Assembly (NCBI RefSeq): GCF_009914755.1
Contig: NC_060932.1
Length of the DNA stretch: 64,000 nt
DNA from: the human T2T-CHM13v2.0 reference genome, Homo sapiens
Direction: 5' to 3' (one strand)
A program made the translations under genes and the position numbers. The notes beneath the pieces are model-generated. The model worked only from the letters and a program-made list of their open reading frames with translations, was not told where the DNA came from and searched no databases. Below, piece by piece: positions 50,001 to 60,315 of this stretch; position 1 is the first letter of the stretch; each line of letters starts with the position of its first letter.

Positions 50001-53000
50001 GTGTCGGCTGGGATTTTTCCGCTCTCGATGAGCCCCCTTCCCTCCCCCTCCCCAAAGTGGCTGCAGCTGTCAGGACCACAGATTGGAACTGCAGGTATGG
50101 GGCTGGCCCGCTGCCCGCCTCCTCCCGTGTCTGTCTGCGAGAGAGGAAGCCGGCCCACCTCTGGAATCCTTCACTCTCTCCTCGTTCCGCCTCTCCCACC
50201 TGTCCCCCGGGAGCGTGGGGTCAGCCGCCCTCGCTCCGTCTCTCTCTTCCCCAGCCCCTCTCCGATTACAATGCGGGTAGTGTTCAGCGTTCGCGCCGCT
50301 CCCCTGCACAAAACGCCCGCCTGTCTCGGAGCGCCACACGGCCTTCCTGTGCGACGTGAGGCCGCCTCCTCTTCCTCAGGGTTTTATCTGTTGAAGTGCT
50401 CAGGGCAAGGCCAGGGCGGGAGGCTCACCTGCTGCATCTCACCCTACTGAAGGTTCCAGCAGGGGTGCTGGGCCCTGGCGCCGGGGCCAGAGGGGAGAAA
50501 GCCAGGTCCTGCTTAGTCTCCTCCTCCTCAAAGTCCAAACCAGCTGAGCGAACCCCCAGCCCAAGGTGGGGCCCCAGGCAGGAGGAGCCACCAGCCCAGA
50601 CGCCCTCAGCTCCGGCCCGGCTCCCGCCAACCACGCATCTGCCCTTCTAGAGGCTGGGCACACAGCTCGGCCTTCTCCCGGCACCTCCACCACTGGAGAG
50701 AAGCCACTACTGACCCAGGGGTCCTTGCACCTCCACAGCTGGGAGGGCAGCAAGTCACCTCCTGGGGGTCTGCAGGCTGGAGAGAAGCCACTACCGACCC
50801 AGGGGTTCCTCCAGACCTGGCCTGCCTCGGTCTCTGCTGGGGCTGACCCAGGGACAATAGCTGTTCCCAGGCAGAGCACCCCAACGCCTGGCATCTCATA
50901 AGCAGGGGCTCCCAGAAACCAGGATGCTGGGGGTGGGGCACAGGCTTGGGGCATGACACCCCAAACACCCCCCACCGACACCCACCAGTGCTCACCCCTC
51001 CTCGGCCTGCTCTGAGCCCCACAACTCAGAGCTACAACTTCCAGGTGGGGTGGGGACAGGGCTCTAGAGGTCCACACCCGCTCAGCCCCCAACTCCGGAC
51101 ACCTCCAAAATCTCATTCTGGAGACTTTTCCCCCAGTCCTGATCCGTGCACACACACGTACCTGGGACTCCCGTCCCCTGCAGAACAGCCCCGGCCTTGG
51201 GACGTACACCCAGACCCAGCTCTCCCCAGCCGGCCTCCCCAGAGGGCCCAGAGCCTGCAGCCGTCACCACCTGCCCAACAGACCTTGCCCTCCAATGCCT
51301 TCCCCGGCTCCACTCCACAGGCTGCTCTGCCAGCCCCAGGGCAAAGCCTCCGCTCAAGAGCCCTGTAGAGCACCCCCCGCTGCCCACCCGGGTTCCAGCT
51401 GCCAAGGACACTGGCCCCGAGTGGGCACAGCAGGCCAGGGCCCCCACCACCCTTGCAGCCCACAAGCAGGAGGACGCGGCTCTGAAGAGGCCACTCCCAC
51501 CTACCAGCCACTGCCCAGCCCTGCTTCATCCGAGAGCCCAGGGTACCCCCATGAGGGCCCTGGCTTCCCTGCCCCTCATCACTGACCCCAGGGTCTCTCC
51601 TCTCCCAAACCGGACAACTGAGTGCAGCAGGCCAGGCCTAGGAGGGCCTTCAAGCCGGCCAAGGGGCACGCGGCAGTCAGGCTACACACACCCACCCACA
51701 GCCTGGGTAGCAGGGCGCGCCCGTTTCCCTCCTCAGTGGAAAGGGACCAGACCCGAGGGCCAGCCCCAGCCCAGTCAGCAGCCCCCTCGGAGGCAGGCAT
51801 GCAGGAGGCCGCGGGGGTGGATGGCCGCCAGGGAGATTGGGGCGGTCTGCAGGCCCGGGCGCCCTCCACAAGCAGCGTGGGGAGGGCCGTTCGCTCGCCG
51901 GGAAACCTGAGCCGAGGCCGCGCCGCCAGCAGCGACGCAAGCCTGAGTGCGCGGGGCCAGGACGCGGGGGCGGGGGCGGCCCGGAGGAGCGGAGGCCGCC
52001 AGCACTGGAGGCAGCTGCCGGTTCAGTAGCTGGGAGAAGCCATTAACGGCGCTTGGCGCGAGAGCAGAGGGGACCACGGGCTCTGGACGCAGACAGGCCC
52101 GGCTGCATCCCTGCGGGAACCTGACTCACAGCCCAGGCAGGGTCAGGGGCACCGAGGAGCTGCCAGGCTGCACCCCAGCCCCAGACTCCAGGCCCCAGTG
52201 GAGGCCTCGTGGGGGACGGCCCCAGGCCAGCACCACGGGGCACAGGAAAGGGACAGCAGAGGGCGGCTCCTCCGGCCAGAGTGGACGGCCACCCAGATCC
52301 CTCAGCCTGCTACGCTTTCCTGACAAACACGGCCACAGGCAGGGGGAGGGTGGGTGGCTGCATCCTCTGCCTGAGCAGCCACCCGGCCTCAGTTTCTCCC
52401 AACCGCTCAAATCAAAGCGGAGGGGCTGCTTCGGCAAAGGCCGAGAGCCCCCTTGCCCCGCCCCTCCACCCCGGCCCACCTCCCCGGGGGTCCCAGCGGC
52501 TGGATGAGATCACGTCTGTGAAGCTCCAGGCGCGGTGGGAGAGGGGTGAGGTGGCCATGCGGGGGCGGGGCAGCCGCAGCTCAGCCGGCTCCTGGGGGCC
52601 CCCCACTGCCGGCGGCAGGACCCCAGCCAGGCCCAGCGCCTCCTCCAGGGGCTCCGCCCGCCTCCCTCCGCCTGCTCGCTGCTGCCTGCGCACCTGGGGG
52701 AGGGGAATAAGACACCAAGAGCTGGAGTACAGCTCTCCTGTGAGGGGCTGCTCAGGTCTTCAAAAGTCAGCGTCCAGCAGGGGGTCCCTGAAGCCCCAGT
52801 GTCATCCAGGTCCAGGCCCTGGATCCAGACCCAGGAAGGGCAGGGAAGTGGCCTGAGGAGAAGGGGAGGTAGGTGGGCAGGGGGTGGCAGGGAGGCACCT
52901 CCCACCAGCAGGAGCTTGGCCCGAGACCTTCTCAGCATCACAGCCACTGCCACCCACGCGCTCCAGCTGAGATCGCCGCTCGCAGGAGCACACGCCCCAG

Positions 53001-55106
53001 CGGCGCCCTCCCTGCCCTGCTACCAGGGGCCCTCTCCACAGCCCTGAAGGGCCCCGGCAGTGAGGTCGGCCCTCTCTCAGCCAGCTCTGCCCAGTGCCGA
53101 GGAGGACCATGGTCCTGGTGCCACGGCCACCTCCAAGGACACGGGGCTGCCTGACGGGCCCTGCTCTCCTCACCCCACTGTCTCATGGGAGAGCTGCAGG
53201 CTGTCTCCCACCTCCCAAGCCTCTTTCCTGCCCACCTGTGGCCCCAAATCACTCCCCTAGGGCCACCCCACTTTGCTCCAAGGGAACAGAGGCCCAGGCA
53301 GATGCGCACTTCTCTGGACGGGAGGCATCTGTCCGGGCCTGGCCTGGCTCCTGAAAGCTGAGCTCTGCCGCCCCCTCGAGCCACTGGCCGGCTGTGCTGG
53401 CAGGAGCACCGGGCAGCACCCGGGCTCCCTCGCTGTCACTCAGACCAACATATGGGATAGTCATCACTGGAGGAAGCAGCCCCCACATCCCTGGCCGGCT
53501 TCCTCCCAGCACAGCAGGGGGCTGCCCACCCGGCAGGCGGCGGTGGCACTGGACAGGCCTGGCAAAGCACCCCCAGGGGCAGCAGGGTCCCACAGGCCCC
53601 GCCGAGGCCCCTCCCCCGGCCTCCGCGCTCCGTTTACAATCATCATCGATTTCTCAAAATACCAAATATAAAAAAGTAGCCGACAGGATGTGGCTGCCGA
53701 CAGCCAGAGCCCCTGGGAGGGGGAGGGGAGACAGGCAGGGAGTGCGCGGCGTGGCCCCCCCGCTCTGAGTGAGCCCGCTGCTCCGGCCAGGAAACCAATT
53801 TATTTTGTTTTGTCTCTGTTCTCTGAACGCGCAGCAGAGACCGGATCGGGCGGGCGGCCAAGGCTCCTGCAGCCACAGCCAAGAGAGCCGAAGGATGGGG
53901 GAAGAACCTGGGGGGAGGGGGGCGCGTGTCTCCCCCAGGCCCCCCGGGGACAGTTCCTGACAGGCAGGCAGGAAGAGCTCCTTCAGGAAGGCCCTACACC
54001 AAAGCCTTCTCCTTCCCCCACAGCCCCCAGGGCCCAAAGGAGACTCTGCCTCACACCCAGGTGCTCCACTGGGACCACAGTCCTACCCTGGGGCCAGGCC
54101 ACACTGAGGAGGGTATAGGCAGGCACTGCCTCTGGCTTCAGAGCTTCTCAGAGCTTCCAGCCCCTCCCAAATGAGGGCAGCCCCCCGCAGCCAAATCTGC
54201 TCTTGGACACAGCCCAGTGCCAGCCTCTCCACGCCGGCGGAACCCAGCCCGGTGCCAGCCTCTCCACGCTGGCGGAACCCAGCCCGGTGCCAGCCTCTCC
54301 ACGCTGGCGGAGCCCAGCCCGGTGCCAGCCTCTCCACGCTGGTGGAGCCCAGCCCAGCAGCACGCATCCCCCTTCGCCTGCAAGCTCCTTATGAGAAACA
54401 GCCGACCTCCTGCCCCTCCTGAGATGTGCTCCTGGGACTCAGTCAGAGGTCCAGAGGCAACGGCCCCAGCCCACATCAGCCACCACCAGGGGTGGGGGGC
54501 AGGGGGACCCCAGGGGAAGGGAAGGGCCACCACTGCCCAGAACATCAGGACATTAGGAGGTGGCCCTGGCCCTGTTCTGCCCGCCTGGCCCCCAGCCAAC
54601 CTGTGGCCCACCCCACAGCACACACGACAGGGGCACCACCCATGCCCGTGACCCCCACCCCGACCATGACCCCCACCCAGACCATGCACGCCACGCCCAG
54701 GGAGCCCACAGCCACCCTGCAGACGCCACAGGAGCCCCCAGAGCCCGTCCACAGGCCAGACACAGGGGCATGGAGCCACACCCAGGTCCTTCCCCTTCAC
54801 AAGCCATGATGACACACATACATTGCAGTCTTGTGTCCCAGACCCCGAAATTGCTCTTGCAGATGGGGAAGCAGGACGCCCACGTGGGCCTCGGCTCCAA
54901 CAGTGCGGCCCACCTGCGGCAGGTCCCAGCACCCCCAGGGCAACCCCAGCCCCAACCCCCAGCACCTGCTAGGCTGTGATGGAAGCCGCCCCACCCTGCC
55001 CAGTGGGAAGCAGCCCCAGTCCTACCTCCTCATCAGAGCTGTCCTCCGCATACTCATCCCCAATCCGGGCGCTCGCCATCTCTGTCCTCGGGCAAGGAGT
55101 GCTGGC
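40934..55106 (-). CDS. BOP1: BOP1 ribosome biogenesis factor (PeBoW complex, WD40), exons 3-16; exons 1-2 outside window
   Basis: 14 GT-AG exons give 1932 nt (643 aa + TAG), with BOP1NT motifs ([40 protein letters not shown]) and WD40 repeats ending ...[10 protein letters not shown]. Confidence 0.97.
41166..41273 (-). CDS. BOP1: BOP1 exon 15 ([18 protein letters not shown]...GMVY)
   Basis: ccccag|ACAC ... ACAA|gtgagt. Confidence 0.92.
41358..41442 (-). CDS. BOP1: BOP1 exon 14 ([27 protein letters not shown])
   Basis: ccctag|GTGAC ... TGAG|gtgagg. Confidence 0.92.
41443..41507 (-). ncRNA. MIR7112: MIR7112 precursor (5'-tailed mirtron at the 3' end of BOP1 intron 13)
   Basis: - strand reads ACGGGCAGGGCAGTGCACCCTG ... 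TGCATCACAGCCTTTGGCCCTAG and ends exactly at the acceptor AG. The arms are partly complementary and match the miR-7112-5p/-3p sequences as I recall them. Confidence 0.8.
41478..41670. repeat. About 6 copies of a 29-41 bp tandem repeat duplicating the BOP1 exon 13 end and 5' splice site
   Basis: CTCACCTGCAGGGT(G/A)CAC at 41478, 41519, 41554, 41587, 41622 and 41651, separated by C-runs. Confidence 0.92.
41656..41944 (-). CDS. BOP1: BOP1 exon 13 ([13 protein letters not shown]...AVHPA)
   Basis: ctgcag|CCA ... GCAG|gtgagg. Confidence 0.92.
42024..42204 (-). CDS. BOP1: BOP1 exon 12 ([12 protein letters not shown]...ICHGK)
   Basis: tcacag|GGAG ... AAG|gtacgt. Confidence 0.92.
42281..42413 (-). CDS. 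BOP1: BOP1 exon 11 ([16 protein letters not shown]...VAAA)
   Basis: atccag|GCT ... CCGT|gtaagt. Confidence 0.92.
42495..42564 (-). CDS. BOP1: BOP1 exon 10 ([23 protein letters not shown])
   Basis: cctcag|GTC ... TCAG|gtgggt. Confidence 0.92.
42634..42714 (-). CDS. BOP1: BOP1 exon 9 ([27 protein letters not shown])
   Basis: ccccag|GTG ... CTG|gtaagt. Confidence 0.92.
42784..42945 (-). CDS. BOP1: BOP1 exon 8 ([13 protein letters not shown]...RQRKMR)
   Basis: ccacag|CGC ... AGG|gtgtgt. Confidence 0.92.
43028..43240 (-). CDS. BOP1: BOP1 exon 7 ([12 protein letters not shown]...YLLSEEE)
   Basis: atgcag|GTC ... GAG|gtgggc. Confidence 0.92.
43318..43419 (-). CDS. BOP1: BOP1 exon 6 ([14 protein letters not shown]...VEKEK)
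   Basis: ccccag|CCG ... AAG|gtgggg. Confidence 0.92.
43517..43634 (-). CDS. BOP1: BOP1 exon 5 ([14 protein letters not shown]...FNPYE)
   Basis: ctccag|GCGC ... GAG|gtaggt. Confidence 0.92.
43720..43874 (-). CDS. BOP1: BOP1 exon 4 ([14 protein letters not shown]...MDDPDYW)
   Basis: ctgcag|GAC ... ACTG|gtgagg. Confidence 0.92.
45100..46100. promoter_or_regulatory. CpG island over the SCX promoter and exon 1
   Basis: Very high GC content and CpG density. Confidence 0.85.
45188..45232 (+). promoter_or_regulatory. SCX core promoter: GC box and TATA box
   Basis: GGGGCGGGGC at about 45189-45198; TATAAA at 45227-45232, 185 nt upstream of the ATG. Confidence 0.75.
45417..46945 (+). CDS. SCX: SCX scleraxis bHLH transcription factor, 201 aa, 2 exons (45417-45983, 46907-46945)
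   Basis: [18 protein letters not shown]...; b[56 protein letters not shown]; C-terminal [12 protein letters not shown]|[12 protein letters not shown]; TTG|gtgagc and ctgcag|AGC. Confidence 0.97.
47258..47263 (+). terminator. SCX polyA signal ATTAAA
   Basis: Variant hexamer in the AT-rich end of the 3' UTR (47215-47285). Confidence 0.65.
54210..54357. repeat. 35-bp tandem repeat x about 4.3 (CAGCCCGGTGCCAGCCTCTCCACGCTGGCGGAACC)
   Basis: Units at 54210, 54245, 54280, 54315 and 54350. Confidence 0.92.
55026..55106 (-). CDS. BOP1: BOP1 exon 3 ([27 protein letters not shown])
   Basis: ctgcag|GCC ... GAG|gtagga; joins exon 4 in frame (DSSDEE-DIRNT). Confidence 0.9.
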
Positions 55107-57869
55107 CTGCAGAGAGAGAGAGAAAATGGTTACTTCAGGGGATACAGGGTACCCTTTGACCTTGGGGGGATCCCAGGAAGCCCACCACCCCGAAATCTCT
55201 GAGCAGCTCCAGCCTGGCACAGGCCTCAGCACAAGGCCGAGAACACCCAGCTCTAAGGGGGCCTCTGGGGGCTGTGGCTGGCACCCGGCGCCGCAGGTCC
55301 TGCCCACGGCCCTGTCCTCTGTGAGGGCTGGACTGCAGCCTCCCGGGGCCTCTGTCCCTGGGCTGACACGGGTGTCAGGCTAGACACGGAAGCCACTGGG
55401 GCAGTCAGGAGCAAAGCCGCCAGCTGAGGACCAAGACCCACCGCCAACCACCCGCACCCCCATTCATGTCAAAGCCACAGGACTCCTCCCAGGGGCCCCA
55501 CATGGCGCTCCTGCCGAGCCCCGCCTGGGACGGGGGCAGCATGGTCGGGGGGAAGAAGGAGACGCAGCCGTCGCAGCAGGGTCACTGGGGCCAATGCTCT
55601 TGAAGGGGCGGGGGACACACATTGTCCACCCATCCCGGGGGCCACGTCCCGCCCAGTCCAGCCAGCAGAGGGCCCAGAGAGGGCCCCGAACACTCAGAAG
55701 GCCTGCCCAGCGTTCTCCCACCCACCACGTCCACAGCCCAGGCTGACCCCATCCCGCCGGGTCACAGAGTGGGCGCCACTGAGAATTCACATCCCAACCT
55801 GGAAAACAGATTCTGCCCTCGACTGCGGAGGTGAGGATGGCTCCAACCGGATCGGGTTTACTGGCGGAACCAAGGCTGATGGGGAAAACAGGCCCACCTC
55901 TCACCCGTGGGGGCAGTAAAGTGCTCGGGCGCAGGAACCCCAGAGCGAAGGCGGGCACGCCCCCGCCCCCACCCCGAGCCCCTCTTCTCTCCGGCCCGGG
56001 CTCCTCCCCTGCCTGTTTTTTCCTTCAATATAAAGAGAGATGGGAGACTAAGTTTTTTCCCAGGCCAGGAACAAGGAAGGATTCAGTTTCCACGTCTCCC
56101 CCTGCTGCTGACAGTGGCCTGGGGCGCTCAGTGACACGGAGCTCTTGCCCCTGCCTGGAGCACATGAGCCCCCACAGCCGCAGCAGATCCGTGACCCCGG
56201 CCCCAAGCCCCAGACGCGCACAAGGGCAGTTCCACACCCGGCTGCGGTCGGCTGCCCCCGCCTGGCCTCTGCGGACGGGTACCGGGCTGGGCTCCCGACC
56301 CCTCACAGTGGCCGGGGCTGAAGCACCGCACGCTGGAGTCCCAGCCTCGCTGCTCATGGGCCGCAGTCCCAGGGTCCTGGCAGGTGACAAAAGACTTGTC
56401 ACCCAGCGCTCTGTGCCCCGTGGCCCCTGTGCTGGATGTGGACAGGCCACGGCACAGGCAGGCTCTGGGCAGGGGGCAGAGGTGGCCTTCGAAGGTGCTG
56501 GGTTCCCAGGGGCGCAGCATCCCCGTGGGACAGCTGTGGGGCACAGAGTCCACCAGGGGGCGACAGCGCTCAGCCAGGCCCAGCGCCCGAAGGGCAGGGG
56601 CGGTGCGGGCAGGGGCGGTGCGGGCAGGGGCGGCCACTGCTGGGAACTGCCTGACCTAGAAGGCCCCTTCAGATTTTGGAGGCAGATGCCGTGGGGCATT
56701 GAACGTATTTTTTTTAATTTAAAAATTAGAGGAAAAGGCCACCAAAACCCTAACGACACAGACAACGGAACACGAGCCCACGCCACGCTCCGGACTCCTG
56801 GGGACAGGACCCCCTCCCGCCACGCCCATGCCTGGAGTCAGCCCGGATTCTCCAGGGTCTCCAGCACCACCCGCAGTGTGCGTGGCCTGACTGAGGAGGG
56901 GTCGGGCCCGATGGAGCACGAGAGTTGCGTGAGGGTGAAGTAAAAGCTGAGAGAGTGGGCGGGCGAGCGCCACTGGGCAGAGGCAGGCGGGTCTGAAGGA
57001 CCGACGGGTGGGCAGGGAGCCGCCGAGGGGGAGCGCAAGGACGAGGTGCCAGGAGCTCGGCAGTGCCAGCAGGATGCGGGGCCGCTGGAGCCAAGGAAAG
57101 GCTGCTGTAGTCCCTGAACCCTGCGTGGCCTCTGCCCAGCCCCAGGGCTAGAATGTCACCATGAGGACCAAAGGGAGAAACCCACAGTGGGCTCAGCCAG
57201 ACAGAAACGGTGTCCAAGCGCATGAGCCCCCTATTGTGACCACACCAGAGCCTCCCCTCCCCAGCATCAGGCCAGCCAGGCCGTGCCCCACTGCCACCAA
57301 CCAGGCATGAGACACGGGCTCTGCCCTCACCTCCTGGGAGAGGATGGCGACAGAGCTGCGGTGTCCCGGTTCGGTGGGAAGAGAACTCTGCTCCCAGGGC
57401 TGCCCACAAGAGGGTTCTGCTGGAGACGTGGACAGCAGGAGGGAAGCAGTCCTAACTTGCCCAGAGACCAGAGCCAGAACATCGCTGTCGGGGTGCCAAG
57501 GACACCAAGACAACCCAGCGCTGCACCACAGACCCCACACCCAGCACCTCAGCACGGCCAAGGCTCCCTAGGGCCCTGCCCACGCTAGCCGCAGGGTGCC
57601 CAGCACAGAGACAGGCTGCTATCCAAGAGCTCTGTGCCGATGGCTCGTGTGACAGCAACGACTCATCAACAGGTACCTAGGAAACCCACATTTTGTTTTA
57701 AAGAAAGTACACCAGCAGGAACTGAAAAGCCCAGAGAAAATACAGCCGAAAAACATCCCTTTTTACTCAGGGAAAAGGAAGGTAACTCGGGGCAGGAGCC
57801 CAAGAGTGGCAGGGTCGTTCCCAGGCATGGAGGCCAACCCTGCATGAGGCACTGGCCATGTGTGCTGCC

Positions 57870-58185
57870 ACCAGAGGCCCCAAGACCACCACGGGCCATG
57901 ACCACCACGGGTCTCAAGACCATCATGGGTCTCAAGGACAGGCCCCAAGACCACTGCGTGCCACGACCGCCACAGGCCCTAAGACCACCATGGGCCCCAC
58001 GATCACCACAGGCCACAACTGCCACAGGTCCCCTATACCACCATGGGCCCTGACGATCACAGGCCACAACCACCATGGGCCACGACCACCACAGGCCCCA
58101 AGACCACCACGGGCCAAACCACCATGGCCAAGACCACCACCAGCCATGTGCTCAGCCACCTTAGGACCACCACAGACCAGAGACC
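57870..58185. repeat. Degenerate GACCACCAC(G/A)GGCC tandem repeat
   Basis: Recurrent 17-20 bp units. Confidence 0.75.
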
Positions 58186-58344
58186 ACTCCACAGCACTGT
58201 GACTCGGTGCCCCACTGCAGACAGCTGTGCAGAGAGGGGCCCAAGGACCCCCATCTATCAGGCCTGGTTTAGATGAGACCCTGGCAGTGGAATGAGGTTC
58301 TGGGGAGCGCTGGGGGAAGAGACTATTTGGCAAGCGTAAGGGTG

Positions 58345-58560
58345 ACTGTGACCATTTTAAAACACGGCCACAAACCTTTGATTTTCATCGCATCAAGAGA
58401 CAGAGTCTATGTCCCCCCCGCCGCAAATCTGGGTGGGCTTGTGGCTGCTTTACCCACCCAAGGGAGGCAGCCCACACTGACACCACAGGATTCTGGGCTG
58501 AGGTCGTGAAGGCCGTGTGGCTCTGCCTGGCACAGGAGACCACGTCCTTGCAGCCCTGAG
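58345..58560 (+). mobile_element. MLT1 (MaLR) LTR fragment; a matching 3' end lies at about 61240-61727, split by an Alu
   Basis: GGCCACAAA...CAAGAGACAGAGTCTAT...AATCTGGGTGGGCTTGTGGCTGCTTT and TTTGGGGCAGTTTGTT...GATAACAAAACA motifs. Confidence 0.55.
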
Positions 58561-59306
58561 CCCTGGGAGAGGGAACAGCTGGACAGGGGTACCCTTCGTG
58601 AACATGGCTGTCAGGGGCGGTCTGGACACACAAGAGGCCCGGCTGTGCTCACCTGAGATCCTCACCCAAGTCCCAGAGCACAGGATGTGAGCTGAGTGTC
58701 GATCTTCCTCAGGTGGAATGTACCAGAACCCTCTGGGGCTCCCCGGCCCCTCAGCATGACACTGTACTCAGGGTGTACTGACCCTGCTGCTTTCGGCCTG
58801 AACTCTGACCCCTCGAATCCAGAATGCTACAAAATATCTGTTTGATGCTGCAAAGTGTCAGGGCAGGTGGCAGAACAGCTGCCTGACTCCCCCATGGGGG
58901 CCAAGAAGCTTGGAGCTGGCAGTCTTCAAAAGAACCCAAAGCAAGGCCACAGGCAGAGGCAAGAGCGGAGTTTACCACCAGCCCTGGCCCCTGGTTCCAT
59001 CCCCAGCTCTGTGGTCCACACCCAGGCAACTTCTCCACCACTGACCAGCTGGTGAGAATCACTGGGCAGCCCCTTTCCAGACTCCACAGAGCTGCAGCTC
59101 CAGACCACTCTCCAGCAGACGGCACCAGCACCCAGACCCCAGAACCACAGCGACAGGGGGCCCGAGCCCAGGGTTCCCACGCTGCAGCAACGCGGCCTGC
59201 CACCTGCCATTCCCAGAGCCTTCGCTGAGACGCTGGCGGGATCCCCTGCCCAAGAGTGTGCATTATGCTCCGGCACAGGCCAAACTCTCCTTAAATTATC
59301 TGGGAA

Positions 59307-59601
59307 GGCCGGGCCCAGTGGCTCACACCTGTCATCCCAGCACTTTGGGAGACCGAGGCAGGCGGATCAGTTGAGGTTAAGAGTTCGAGACCCGACTGGC
59401 CTACATGGAAAACCCTGTCTCTACTAAAAATACAAAAAATTAGCTGGGCTTGGTGGCGCTCACCTGTAATCACAGCGGGAGGCTGAGGCAGGAGAAAGAA
59501 CTGCTTGAATCTGGGGGGTGGAGACTGCAGTGAGCTGAGATCAGGCTATTGCACTCCAGCCCGGGTGACAGACAGACTCTTGTCTCAGAAAAAAAAAAAA
59601 A
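59307..59601 (+). mobile_element. AluS
   Basis: Alu consensus with A tail. Confidence 0.88.
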
Positions 59602-59611
59602 TCTGGAATCA

Positions 59612-60095
59612 TCACTTTAATACCAGGTCTTCGGCCTTCTCTCACTTTCATACCAGGTCTTCGGCCTTCTCTCACTTTAATACCAGGTCTTCGGCCTTCT
59701 CTCACTTTCATACCAGGTCTTCGGCCTTCTCTCACTTTCATACCAGGTCTTCGGCCTTCTCTCACTTTCATACCAGGTCTTAGGCCTTCTCTCACTTTCA
59801 TACCAGGTCTTAGGCCTTCTCTCACTTTAATACCAGGTCTTCGGCCTTCTCTCAGTTTAATACCAGGTCTTAGGCCTTCCCTCAGTTTAATACCAGGTCT
59901 TCGGCCTTCCCTCACTTTCATACCAGGTCTTTGGCCTTCTCTCACTTTAATACCAGGTCTTCGGCCTTCCCTCAGTTTAATACCAGGTCTTCGGCCTTCC
60001 CTCACTTTCATACCAGGTCTTTGGCCTTCTCTCACTTTAATACCAGGTCTTAGGCCTTCTCTTACTTTAATACTAGGTCTTAGGCCTTCTCTTAC
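59612..60095. repeat. 30-bp VNTR TCACTTT(A/C)ATACCAGGTCTT(C/A/T)GGCCTTC(T/C)C x about 16
   Basis: Strict 30-bp periodicity. Confidence 0.97.
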
Positions 60096-60102
60096 TAGTG
60101 CT

Positions 60103-60315
60103 TTTTTCTTTCAAGACAGAGTCCCACTCACTCTGTCACCCAGGATGGAGGCAGTGGCATGATCTCAGCTTACTCTAACTTCCGCCTCCCAGGCTCAAGC
60201 AATTCACATGAGGTTTCACCATGTTGGCCGGGCTGGTCTCGAACTCCTCAAGTGATCCGCCCACCTTGGCCTCCCAAAGTGCTGGGATTACAGGTTTGGC
60301 TCACCGCATCCAGTC
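60103..60315 (-). mobile_element. Internally deleted Alu
   Basis: Alu right-arm start joined to the left-arm end. Confidence 0.75.

Noticed and set aside
50693-50806. 30-bp direct repeat with 84-bp period (CTGGAGAGAAGCCACTAC.GACCCAGGGGT)
   Set aside because: Only two copies with nothing element-like between them; probably a local duplication.
47300-58300. Dense overlapping 100-370 aa ORFs in BOP1 introns 2-3
   Set aside because: Expected at this GC content; many start at GTG/TTG, and I found no domains or consistent exon chain.
59612-60095. Regular 30-bp array resembling a CRISPR array, and ORF 59541-60035
   Set aside because: Units are head-to-tail with no unique spacers, the context is human and there are no cas genes. 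It is a VNTR.
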